Shown: positions 17,929 through 26,941 of the stretch, in pieces
Layout of the letters: every line of letters begins with the position of its first letter
How positions within the stretch are numbered: position 1 is the first letter of the stretch
Source: an uncultured Thermoanaerobaculia bacterium
GTDB taxonomy: Bacteria > Acidobacteriota > Thermoanaerobaculia > Gp7-AA8
DNA: 47,425 nt
NCBI GenBank assembly: GCA_964552405.1
Contig: CAZKID010000002.1
Span: forward strand, 1 to 47,425
Direction: 5' to 3'
Translations under genes and position numbers: made by a program
The notes under the pieces: model-generated
What the model saw: only the letters and a program-made list of their open reading frames with translations
The model's database searches: none
What the model was told of the DNA's origin: nothing

Positions 17929-18729
17929 GTGCCTGAAAAACTTTCCGAAGTCACGATCGCCTTCTATCGGCATGCGTTGAAGATTCTGGCGGACGCGGGC
18001 GTTCCGGCACTCGTGGGAGGCGCCTATGCTTTCGCCCGCTACACGGGAATCGAACGACATACGAAAGATTTCGACGTCTTCATTCGGGGCGGCGATTTCG
18101 AACGGGCAGCGGACGCGTTTCGCGCCCATGGCTATTCATCGGAACTGACTTTTCCCCATTGGCTCGGCAAAGCATTTCATGGCGACGATTTCGTCGACCT
18201 CATCTTCAGCGCAGGAAACGGCGTGGCACAGGTTGACGATCTCTGGTTCAAGCACGCGGTCGATGAAGTCGTCTTCAATGTTCCATGCAAACTGATCCCG
18301 CCGGAAGAGATGATCTGGTCGAAGGGTCTCATCATGGAGCGCGAGCGCTTCGATGGCGCCGACGTTCTGCACGTGATGCGCGCCGTGGGAGCAACGCTCG
18401 ACTGGCGCCGCCTGATCGATCGCTACGGCCGCCACTGGCGCGCACTCTTCGCGCACGTCGTCCTGTTCGGTTACGTCTATCCGTCCGAGCGATCGAGAAT
18501 CCCGTCCTGGGTGATCGACGAGCTCGGCGCGCGTCTTCGCGCGGAAACCACACACGGCGATTCGGATGAGAGGATCTGTTTCGGCACGATCATTTCACGT
18601 CAGCAGTACTTGATGGACGTCGACGAGTGGGGCTATCTCGATGGCCGGCTGAGCCCGATCGGCAATTTGTCCGAGGAAGAGATCGCTCACTGGACGGCCG
18701 GAATCGCACAGGACGGAAGCCCGAAATGA
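17929..18729 (+). CDS. Pol-beta-superfamily nucleotidyltransferase-like protein
   Basis: GTG start. 'GGAYAFARYTGIERHTKDFDVFI' fits the G[GS]...D.D nucleotidyltransferase signature. The C-terminal helical region matches no family I can name. Confidence 0.6.
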   Translation: MPEKLSEVTIAFYRHALKILADAGVPALVGGAYAFARYTGIERHTKDFDVFIRGGDFERAADAFRAHGYSSELTFPHWLGKAFHGDDFVDLIFSAGNGVAQVDDLWFKHAVDEVVFNVPCKLIPPEEMIWSKGLIMERERFDGADVLHVMRAVGATLDWRRLIDRYGRHWRALFAHVVLFGYVYPSERSRIPSWVIDELGARLRAETTHGDSDERICFGTIISRQQYLMDVDEWGYLDGRLSPIGNLSEEEIAHWTAGIAQDGSPK

Positions 18730-19484
18730 ACGAACGAACGACGCTACGCATTGCTGCCGTTGCGGACATTCACGTCAAGAAGACTTCGCAAGGTGCCTTT
18801 CAGAATCTCTTCACCAGTGCGACCGAGGCGGCAGACGTGATGCTGCTGTGCGGCGATCTCACCGACTACGGCTCGGTCGATGAGGCAAAAGTGCTCGCGA
18901 AGGAAATCACGAGCTCGTTGCGCATTCCGGCAATCGGCGTCCTCGGCAATCATGATTACGAGTCGGACAGCGAGGAAGAAATCCTCCGCATCCTTACCGA
19001 CGCCGGGGTGACGATGCTGGACGGCGACTCGTACGAGTTGCACGGCGTCGGCTTCGCCGGAGTCAAAGGCTTCGGGGGCGGTTTCGGCCGCCGCGCACTC
19101 GGTGCGTGGGGCGAGAAGATGATCAAGAGCTTCGTGCACGAAGCGATCGAAGAGTCGTTGAAGCTCGAAGCCGCGCTGGCGCGTCTGCGCACCCCGCAGA
19201 AGATCGGCGTGTTGCATTACTCGCCGGTTCAGGCAACCGTCGAAGGGGAGCCTCTGGAAATCGTCGCGTTTCTCGGCTCATCGCGCCTCGAGGAGCCGCT
19301 TGATCGTTATCGAGTCACCGCCGTGTTTCACGGGCACGCGCACCGCGGATCGCCGGAAGGCCGCACGAAAGCGAACGCGCCGGTGTACAACGTCGCAATG
19401 CCGGTGCTGGCAACACACTTTCCGGAGCGCCCGCCGTTTCGTGTGATCGAAGTCCCGATCGGCGAGCCGGCATTCGCGGGATAG
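18726..19484 (+). CDS. metallophosphoesterase (calcineurin-like)
   Basis: Start 'MNERTTLRIAAVADIHV' (ATG 18726, ATGA overlap with the upstream stop). Motifs D-x-H ('ADIH'), GD ('CGDLTD'), GNHD ('GNHDYE') and GH-x-H ('HGHAH'). Confidence 0.8.
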   Translation: MNERTTLRIAAVADIHVKKTSQGAFQNLFTSATEAADVMLLCGDLTDYGSVDEAKVLAKEITSSLRIPAIGVLGNHDYESDSEEEILRILTDAGVTMLDGDSYELHGVGFAGVKGFGGGFGRRALGAWGEKMIKSFVHEAIEESLKLEAALARLRTPQKIGVLHYSPVQATVEGEPLEIVAFLGSSRLEEPLDRYRVTAVFHGHAHRGSPEGRTKANAPVYNVAMPVLATHFPERPPFRVIEVPIGEPAFAG

Positions 19485-19494
19485 AATTCGCGCC

Positions 19495-20829
19495 GTGCGA
19501 CACGCGGCATTTCCGCGCGGCATCACTCGCGAAGACCTCGTCCGTTGGTATCGCGCAGGCCGCAAGAATTCGAAGGCGATCTTCTCGATTCCTGTCGAGA
19601 GCGCGTATTACGAGCGTCCCATCGCCCTTCGCAATCCAATCGTCTTCTACGAAGGCCATCTTCCCGCGTTCGCGGTGAACACGCTCATCAAGCTCGCGCT
19701 TCAACACGGCGGAATCGATGAGCACTTCGAGGTGCTCTTCGCGCGCGGCATCGATCCCGACAGCGTCGATGCCGTGAAGAATCCAACCGATGTCTGGCCG
19801 CGCCGCAGCGCCGTGCTCGAGTACGGAAGTCAAGCCGATGCGATGATCGAAGACACGCTCGGTTACGCGACGATCGAAGACGGCTCCGTCCCGCAACTGC
19901 GCGGCGCGGAGGCGGCGATCGCGATCCTCGAGCATGAGCAGATGCATCAGGAAACTCTGCTCTATATGTTTCACAACCTTCCCTATTCGAAGAAAGTGAA
20001 GCAGCCGGCACTCAATGCCTCAACGCCTCAACGCATAACGAATCGCGAAACCGGTATGGTCCGCATCCCGCGCGGCATCGCAACTCTCGGTGGCGATGAA
20101 GGTGTGTTCGGCTGGGACAACGAGTTTCCCTCGCTCCAGGTCGACGTTCCGGAATTTCTCGTCGACCGCCACAACGTGACGAACGGCGAGTTCATGCAGT
20201 TCGTCCAAGCGGGCGGCTATCGCGACCCTTCCTTCTGGAGCGAAGCGAACTGGAGTTGGGTGACGACGGAGAAGGTTGAACATCCCCACTTCTGGCTGAA
20301 GAACGAGCGCGGCTGGTTCTGGCGCGGCATGTTCGCGCTGATTCCATTGCCGGAAGACACTCCCGTCTACGTCACACTCGCGGAGGCGGAAGCGTATGCG
20401 CGCTGGCGCAACGCGCGCGTGATGTCGGAGGCCGAGTACCACCGCGCTGCGTTCGGAACACCATCCGGGGAAGAACGTCCGTTTCCGTGGGGCGATGAGC
20501 CTGCCGATCCATCGCGCGGCAATTTCGGATTCGCAAACTGGGATCCTGTTCCGGTTGGTTCGTATCCGGCGGGCGCGAGCGCGTGGGGCGTTCATGATCT
20601 CGCGGGCAACGGCTGGGAGTGGACGTCGACACCGTTCGCCGGGTTCCCAGGCTTTCAGCCGATGGCCTCGTATCCCGTCTACTCCAGCGACTTCTTCGAT
20701 GGTGAGCACTACGTGCTGAAGGGCGCCTCACCAGCGACTTCGCCGGAGATGATCCGCCGTAGCTTCCGCAATTGGTTTCGCGGCACGTATCCGTATCTGT
20801 ACGCGAAGTTCCGCTGCGTGCAGTCATAG
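19495..20829 (+). CDS. EgtB/OvoA-like sulfoxide synthase (DinB-like iron domain plus FGE-sulfatase domain)
   Basis: GTG start 10 nt after the previous stop. 'FYEGHLPAF' and 'LEHEQMHQETL' look like DinB-type His ligands. 'GWDNEFP', 'VTNGEFMQFV' and 'GNGWEWTSTPF' are FGE-domain motifs. There is no fused methyltransferase domain. Confidence 0.75.
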   Translation: MRHAAFPRGITREDLVRWYRAGRKNSKAIFSIPVESAYYERPIALRNPIVFYEGHLPAFAVNTLIKLALQHGGIDEHFEVLFARGIDPDSVDAVKNPTDVWPRRSAVLEYGSQADAMIEDTLGYATIEDGSVPQLRGAEAAIAILEHEQMHQETLLYMFHNLPYSKKVKQPALNASTPQRITNRETGMVRIPRGIATLGGDEGVFGWDNEFPSLQVDVPEFLVDRHNVTNGEFMQFVQAGGYRDPSFWSEANWSWVTTEKVEHPHFWLKNERGWFWRGMFALIPLPEDTPVYVTLAEAEAYARWRNARVMSEAEYHRAAFGTPSGEERPFPWGDEPADPSRGNFGFANWDPVPVGSYPAGASAWGVHDLAGNGWEWTSTPFAGFPGFQPMASYPVYSSDFFDGEHYVLKGASPATSPEMIRRSFRNWFRGTYPYLYAKFRCVQS

Positions 20830-20849
20830 TTCGTGCATTGCGAATACGC

Positions 20850-21479
20850 ATGGAAATGAAGACCTACCAGGCAAAGCAATTCAATCTCAGCGGGCTCACC
20901 GGCATCTCGGACAAGACGCTCGAGATGCATTTCAAACTCTATGAAGGCTACGTCACGAACACGAACACATTGACGGAGCGCATTGCGGCAATTCTCGCCG
21001 ACGGCAAAGTCGATCAGGAGGAAATGCCCGCCTACTCGGAGCTCACGCGCCGCCTTGGTTTCGAATACAACGGCATGGTTCTGCACGAGTACTACTTCGG
21101 CAACTTGCGCAACGGAGGCGGCGGAGATCCGGATCGTAAGTCCGAGTTCATGCAGTCGGTATCGCGCAGCTTCCCTTCATATGAGATCTGGAAGGCCGAC
21201 TTCGTCAGCGTAGGCAAGATGCGCGGCGTTGGCTGGGCAATCTGCTATCTCGATCCCGCGAACGGCCACGTCTCGAATCACTGGATCACGATGCACGAGA
21301 CGGGCAACATCGCGGGCTTCGTTCCGCTGCTCGTCATGGATGTGTGGGAGCACGCGTTCCTGCTCGACTACAAACCGTCAGACAGACCAAAGTACATCGA
21401 TGCATTCATGGCGAATGTCGACTGGCGAGTGGTGGAGAGCCGATTGAGCGCGGTGCAGGTGACTGCAACGGTACGTTAG
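20850..21479 (+). CDS. atypical Fe/Mn-superoxide-dismutase-family protein
   Basis: Start 'MEMKTYQAKQF' (ATG 20850 or 20856). The C-terminal 'DVWEHAFLLDY' matches the SOD D-x-W-E-H-A-Y-Y metal motif. The N-terminal 'H..HH' motif is degenerate ('EMHFKLYEGYV'). Confidence 0.7.
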   Translation: MEMKTYQAKQFNLSGLTGISDKTLEMHFKLYEGYVTNTNTLTERIAAILADGKVDQEEMPAYSELTRRLGFEYNGMVLHEYYFGNLRNGGGGDPDRKSEFMQSVSRSFPSYEIWKADFVSVGKMRGVGWAICYLDPANGHVSNHWITMHETGNIAGFVPLLVMDVWEHAFLLDYKPSDRPKYIDAFMANVDWRVVESRLSAVQVTATVR

Positions 21480-21489
21480 GGGTTTCGCT

Positions 21490-21559
21490 GTCATCCTGAG
21501 CGTGAGCGAAGGAGCCCGAGGTCGAGGGGTCCTTCGCCTTCTTCGCGGCTCAGGATGAC
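21490..21559. repeat. REP-like palindromic element, family A (GTCATCCTGAGC ... GCTCAGGATGAC)
   Basis: Outer arms 21490-21501 and 21548-21559 are perfect complements. Inner arms are 'gcgaaggagccc' and 'gggtccttcgc'. It sits between convergent genes, and its right arm supplies the last codons and stop of the 1158-aa gene. Confidence 0.75.
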
Positions 21560-24500
21560 GCCAGTTCCACCGTTCCCTTGCGCTCGAGCTTGCCCCAGCC
21601 CGCTCGAATTCCGGAGATGGCGGTCTTCAGTGATTTGAGCAGCACGGCATACATCAATTGCCTGTAGAGAAACCGCTGCCAGAAGAGCCATACGAGCATC
21701 TTCGGATCTTCGCGATCGAGTTTGAAGGCCACGCTCGCCCCTATGAGCTCGATGACGAAGAAGAACGCGTACATGAACGCGACGACATAAAGCTGCGACG
21801 CGGCCACCGGGAACGGCTGCCAGTCCTGCGTGAGATCGCGTCGCAGCATCGCATCGATCGTCTTGCCGAGCGCCCAGAGGATCTGCAAGTCGACGAGAGG
21901 TGACAGTGCCTGATATGCGATCTGGAACAACCAGAGCGACGGGAGCATCAGCCGTCCAAACCATCCGTACCGTCCGATCGCACGGCGATGCTTCCAAAGA
22001 CACTGCAGCGTGCCGAACGCCCAGCGGAAGCGCTGCTTGAACAACGCGCGGAACGAATCCGGCGCCTCCGTGTAGCCGACCGCCTCGGTTTCCGTATCGA
22101 CACGCCAGCCGATCCTGCGGATTTTCCACGTCAGATCCATATCCTCGGCCATCGTGTCCGTCGTATAGCCACCCGCTTGCAGAATCGCTTCGCGCCGCCA
22201 GGCGCCGACCGCACCAGGCACGACGGAAACCGAATTGAGGAACGAGTACGCGCGGCGATCGAGATTCTGGCTCGTGACGTATTCGATCGCCTGCCAGTAC
22301 GTCAGCGGGTTGATGCGGTTCCCAACCTTCACATTGCCGGCAACCGTTCCCACGAGCGGATCCGCGAAGCGGCGGGTCAGCTTGCTGATCGTCTCCTTCG
22401 CGAAGATCGTGTCGGCATCGAGCGCGATGATGATCTCGCCCGGCGCCATCGCGATGCCTCGATTGAGAGCTGACGCCTTCCCGCCATTCTCCTGACGAAT
22501 CAACCGCACTTTCGGATTGCCACCGAACTCGCGCTCGACGGCAGCCGACGTGTCATCGACTGAGCCATCGTCGACGACGATGATCTCCAGCTCGCCGGAG
22601 TAATCGTTCGCGAGCACCGCGTCGAGCGTTCGCCCGATGACCTTCCCTTCGTTGTACGCCGCAATCACCACACTGACCGGCGGCCGATAGGTTTCGTCGA
22701 ATGGCGCGTGATGCCGCTCTTTGTACTTCGCCACCAGCGCCATCACCGTGATGAACACGACGCGCAAGGTGCCAAGGATGATCGCCGAGACGAACGCGAT
22801 GCTGAGGAAGAGCTCGAAGAGATACATCATCTCGAAGACGACGCGATCGCTGGCGAGCATCAGCGTGTCGGAGTTCGTCACCTTCGGGTTCACGTCATCA
22901 CGCGTTGCATTGACGAGCGCGGAAACCGTGACGAATTTCTTGCCGCGCTTCTGCAGCTCATTAACGAGCAGCGGGATCAGCTTCACGGTCTCGCTACGGT
23001 CGCCGCCCCCGTCGTGCAGCAGGATGCAGCTTCCTTTTTCCGTTTCGATCTGCTGCAGGACCGTCTGCAGCATCTCCTGCGCAGTGCGCTTGCGGATCGT
23101 GCCGTCTTCCAGCCGCTCCTCGGTCTTCCAGTCCTGCGGGTCGAGGAACTCGAGGACCGTGATGTAGTTCATCTCCGAGGCGGTGACGATCGGCATCACT
23201 TCTTCCCTGGCAGTTGGCTCCGCATCCGCGTTATAGGGGGGGCGGAAAAGCAGTGTCGAGCGATGGAGGATGCTCTGAAACACTCGCTGCGTCGCATTGA
23301 TCTCGTACTCGGCGCGCATCGAGGACACCGCTCCGATGTTCGGATGCGTGTAGCTGTGATTGCCGATCTCGTGGCCTTCGTTCCAGATGCGGCGCACGAG
23401 ACCCGGGTAGCGATCGGCGTTCTGTCCGATGAGAAAGAAGGTCGCTTTCACGTTCAACGCCTTCAGTTCGTCGAGCATCTGCGCGGTGTACGGCGAGGCA
23501 GGACCATCGTCGATCGTCAGCGCGATGAGGTCGGGATTGAACCCGCTCCGCTGGATGACATACGAGGTTGGAAATTGCTTGTAGACCTCGTCGAGAAAGA
23601 GACCGGTTTGCGGATCGATCTCCATGTCTCGCTGTGCCTTCTTGGGGGTCGCCGCAACGCGAGCGATTTCTCCGTCGCCGACGAAGTCGACGTCGTACGG
23701 AAATTCGATCTCGCGCAGGGTCGCGCGATTTGGTTTGAGGCGGAGACGATCGCGCCGGATGAATTTGAAGATTGACGGGTCGCATGAACCGAGAACCCAA
23801 ACCGCGACACCACGTGGTTTGTACGGCTCGGCAATCATCCACTCGTTGGCCGCCGTGATCGCATCGAGCATCCAGACTTCGTGCTCGATTCCATCATCGT
23901 CGACGTAGAAGAACGTCGGGTTCAGCGCGACATCGTCGAAGTCGACGATCTTGTCCGGCGTTTCACCCGGATGAAACCTCTTTGCTTCCACGAGCGCAGC
24001 TTGATACGTCAGCGGCTCCGCCCACTGGCGATTCTCCGCCCAGTCGTATGCGTAGTTCGCGATTCCGATCACGAGCTTGTCTCGCGAAACGTCGCGTCTG
24101 GCGCGCTCGATCACGGTCCTGAACCAATTGATCGACGAGATCGGTCCCGGCTTGCTCGTCGAGCTGTGTTCGTCGTAGGCCATGACCACCACGAAGTCGC
24201 ACACTTGCGACGCGGCCTTCCAGTCCAACGGCTTCGGCGCCTCGAGATCGGCACTCACAAGGAGTTGCGCCGACGCGAACATCACCTTGATCCGCTTCAA
24301 GAAAGAAATCAGGCGCGGATAGTCTTCGGGATAGAGATTCTCGAAGTCGACGTTGATGCCCTGGAATCGATTCGCTTGAATCCATGTGCGCAACTGCAGG
24401 ATGACCTTCTCCTGCAGCACCGGATCGGTTAGAAGGATATGCGCGCGTTTCGGATCGAAATCCGACTGCTGCGCATTGCTGAAGATCGGAACGATGTTGA

Positions 24501-25026
24501 TGTTGTTTCCACGACAGACGCCTAAGACCTCGCGATTGTGAGGCGTCGTCTCGAGATCCCAATCGCGGAAGTCGAGACCTGCGCCATCGGACCGGAGGTG
24601 GACCCATGCCGGAAGCAGATGCGTCAGATTGTCCGCGTTGGCCCGCAGTGAGTGGAGGCCCGTCTCCTGCCATGGCGCGTAGAACGCCGCGACGATACCG
24701 TTGTCGGGGACGGGCGCCTGTGCCGCCACCTTTTCTCCAGCCGCCTGCCGATCTTTGTTGATCTGCGCGAACAGCTTGTCGCGATCCTTACGCTGCTTGT
24801 ACTGCTGAAGGCGCGACATGTGGCGCGGCAGACGTACTGCACGGTGCAGCGTACGCTTCAGCTCGGAGGTAAGCCCCGGCATGTCGGGGAGAAACGGCGT
24901 CGACGAGAGGCTGATCAGAAAAAGGCTGACGACAACGACAGACAGGAGTCCAAGGATCGTGGAGATCCGCTTGATCCATCCCCACCGCTTGCGCGAGGGA
25001 TCGAAGAAGATGGCCCTATCGGACAC
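21550..25026 (-). CDS. tri-domain exopolysaccharide enzyme: N-terminal TM plus GH18-like domain, CE4 (NodB) polysaccharide deacetylase, and GT2 processive glycosyltransferase (PgaC/IcaA/MatB-like)
   Basis: 1158 aa, GTG start. CE4 motifs 'LTIDDGP' and 'HEIGNHSYTHP'. GT2 motifs 'VSVVIAAYNE', 'DDGSVDDT', 'LDADT' and 'QRFRWAFG'. C-terminal TM helices. Confidence 0.85.
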   Translation of the reverse strand: MSDRAIFFDPSRKRWGWIKRISTILGLLSVVVVSLFLISLSSTPFLPDMPGLTSELKRTLHRAVRLPRHMSRLQQYKQRKDRDKLFAQINKDRQAAGEKVAAQAPVPDNGIVAAFYAPWQETGLHSLRANADNLTHLLPAWVHLRSDGAGLDFRDWDLETTPHNREVLGVCRGNNINIVPIFSNAQQSDFDPKRAHILLTDPVLQEKVILQLRTWIQANRFQGINVDFENLYPEDYPRLISFLKRIKVMFASAQLLVSADLEAPKPLDWKAASQVCDFVVVMAYDEHSSTSKPGPISSINWFRTVIERARRDVSRDKLVIGIANYAYDWAENRQWAEPLTYQAALVEAKRFHPGETPDKIVDFDDVALNPTFFYVDDDGIEHEVWMLDAITAANEWMIAEPYKPRGVAVWVLGSCDPSIFKFIRRDRLRLKPNRATLREIEFPYDVDFVGDGEIARVAATPKKAQRDMEIDPQTGLFLDEVYKQFPTSYVIQRSGFNPDLIALTIDDGPASPYTAQMLDELKALNVKATFFLIGQNADRYPGLVRRIWNEGHEIGNHSYTHPNIGAVSSMRAEYEINATQRVFQSILHRSTLLFRPPYNADAEPTAREEVMPIVTASEMNYITVLEFLDPQDWKTEERLEDGTIRKRTAQEMLQTVLQQIETEKGSCILLHDGGGDRSETVKLIPLLVNELQKRGKKFVTVSALVNATRDDVNPKVTNSDTLMLASDRVVFEMMYLFELFLSIAFVSAIILGTLRVVFITVMALVAKYKERHHAPFDETYRPPVSVVIAAYNEGKVIGRTLDAVLANDYSGELEIIVVDDGSVDDTSAAVEREFGGNPKVRLIRQENGGKASALNRGIAMAPGEIIIALDADTIFAKETISKLTRRFADPLVGTVAGNVKVGNRINPLTYWQAIEYVTSQNLDRRAYSFLNSVSVVPGAVGAWRREAILQAGGYTTDTMAEDMDLTWKIRRIGWRVDTETEAVGYTEAPDSFRALFKQRFRWAFGTLQCLWKHRRAIGRYGWFGRLMLPSLWLFQIAYQALSPLVDLQILWALGKTIDAMLRRDLTQDWQPFPVAASQLYVVAFMYAFFFVIELIGASVAFKLDREDPKMLVWLFWQRFLYRQLMYAVLLKSLKTAISGIRAGWGKLERKGTVELASS

Positions 25027-25145
25027 GGCGAGTGCTCAAACAAGCGTCGGGGTGAACGTCATCCTGGAAACGAAGATTGGTAGCGGCCGCTGCGTTTTGT
25101 CTCAGCGGCGCAATTGCAACCTGAAACAGCAAACTCTCGTACTTC

Positions 25146-26090
25146 ATGATCATGACTGAAACACTCATCGAAGTGCGAGCACTTCGAAAAGAGTACGCGT
25201 CACGTGTCGGACGGCCCCGCATCACCGCGCTCGACGGGATCGACTTCACCGTCCGCGCGGGAGAGCTCTTCGGACTTCTCGGCCCGAATGGCGCCGGCAA
25301 GACCACGACCGTCAAGATCATCCTCGGCCTCACTGCTCCGACCGACGGCACTGCGTTCATCGGAGGAATTCCGGTCAGCGACCCGGAGAGCCGTCGTCGC
25401 ACCGGCTACCTTCCCGAAGGACACAAGATTCCGAACTATCTGACCGCGCGTCAGGCGATGACGATTTTCGGGCGCATGTCGGGGATGTCATCGAACGACA
25501 TCAAGCGCCGCGCGCCGGAACTTCTCGAGCGCGTGGGTCTCGGGCAGTGGGGCGAGATCCGCGTCAAGAAGTTCTCGAAGGGAATGACGCAGCGCCTCGG
25601 CCTCGCGTGCTCGCTGATCCATCGTCCCAACGTCCTGCTACTCGATGAGCCGACAGACGGCGTCGATCCGGTGGGCCGCCGAGAGATTCGCGATCTCCTC
25701 CGCGAAGAGGCAAAGAACGGCACCGCGGTTCTGCTGAATTCGCACCTGCTCTCAGAGATGGAGTTGACCTGCGACCGCGTCGCGGTCCTGCGCAAAGGAA
25801 ACGTTGCGGCCGAGGGGACGATCAAGGAGCTGACGCGGCGGACGGCGAAGTACCGGATGATCGCGACGCCCGTCGACGAGCCGCTGCTGGCGATGTTCCG
25901 CGAGACAGGTGCCGGCGTCGAGCGCGTGAATGGACATCTCGAGTTGTCGGTCACTGACCTCGATCATCTGAACGCGCTGGTCGACGGTCTGCGCGCGCGC
26001 GGCGGAATGCTGCAGGAGCTGGCTCAGATGCGATCGACGCTGGAGGACGTGTTCGTCGATCTGGTGAAGACGGAGGGGCAGCAGCCATGA
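25146..26090 (+). CDS. ABC transporter ATP-binding protein (ABC-2 / DrrA-like)
   Basis: Walker A 'GPNGAGKTT', signature 'FSKGMTQRL' and Walker B 'LLLDEPTDGVD'. Confidence 0.9.
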   Translation: MIMTETLIEVRALRKEYASRVGRPRITALDGIDFTVRAGELFGLLGPNGAGKTTTVKIILGLTAPTDGTAFIGGIPVSDPESRRRTGYLPEGHKIPNYLTARQAMTIFGRMSGMSSNDIKRRAPELLERVGLGQWGEIRVKKFSKGMTQRLGLACSLIHRPNVLLLDEPTDGVDPVGRREIRDLLREEAKNGTAVLLNSHLLSEMELTCDRVAVLRKGNVAAEGTIKELTRRTAKYRMIATPVDEPLLAMFRETGAGVERVNGHLELSVTDLDHLNALVDGLRARGGMLQELAQMRSTLEDVFVDLVKTEGQQP

Positions 26091-26941
26091 ACGTGATCTG
26101 GGCCAACATCGAAGACGTCTGGCGCGAAGCTGCCGCGCGCTGGACACTAATCACGTACTTCATTTTATCAACGATTTTTATCGTCATATTTGCATCAGCA
26201 GTTAACCTCGACATTGTCGATGGTGCTTTGGCCGGCGCGCGGCTCTTCGGGAAGGATGTCGAGATGCGTGGCAACGCGATCGGTATCGAGCAGCTCGTGA
26301 TGTACTCGGAGCTCGTCTTCTCGATCATCATCTATGGCTTCAGCGTGCTCCTGGCGGTGTTCGCGACGGCGCACCTCGTGCCGCGCATGCAGGAGAAAGG
26401 TACGGTCGACCTTTATCTGTCGCGCCCCGTGTCGCGGCCGGCGCTGCTGCTCTCCCGATACATTGCCGGTCTGCTGCTGGCAGCCTCGAATGTGGTCTAT
26501 CTGATCGGGGCGATCTGGCTGATCGTCGCCTGGAAAACTCACATCTTCAACCCGCGGTTTCTGCTGGCGGGAGCCATCATGATGTTCGTGATCGCCGCGC
26601 TGCTGGCATTCGCGTTTCTCGTCGGAACCGTCACCTCGTCGACAGCGGTCTCGATCATGAGCAGCTACGCGCTCTGCCTCATGTCGATCTTTCTGGCGAT
26701 CGTCCATGGCCGGATCGACGCGGTGTTCTCGCACGACTGGCTCGTGGCGCTGGTCGACGGAATGTACTGGGTCGTTCCGAAGGCGTGGGAGCTCGGCGGC
26801 ACCGTCGCAGCCTACGTCACCGGTCCGATCTCTCACATGAAGATCCCGACACCGGGAATGAGTGCATTCGTCAGCACCGGGATCTTCGGCCTCACCTGCC
26901 TCTCACTCGCCATCTGGCGCTTTCAGAAAAAGGAGTTTTAA
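26087..26941 (+). CDS. ABC-2-type transporter permease
   Basis: ATGA overlap with the ATPase stop. About six TM helices. Confidence 0.75.
   Translation: MNVIWANIEDVWREAAARWTLITYFILSTIFIVIFASAVNLDIVDGALAGARLFGKDVEMRGNAIGIEQLVMYSELVFSIIIYGFSVLLAVFATAHLVPRMQEKGTVDLYLSRPVSRPALLLSRYIAGLLLAASNVVYLIGAIWLIVAWKTHIFNPRFLLAGAIMMFVIAALLAFAFLVGTVTSSTAVSIMSSYALCLMSIFLAIVHGRIDAVFSHDWLVALVDGMYWVVPKAWELGGTVAAYVTGPISHMKIPTPGMSAFVSTGIFGLTCLSLAIWRFQKKEF

Noticed and set aside
25086-25109. 7-bp stem GCCGCTG/CAGCGGC with a 10-nt loop, in the divergent region between the tri-domain EPS gene and the ABC ATPase gene.
   Set aside because: It is short, isolated and has no repeat partner, so it is within chance expectation for this GC content.
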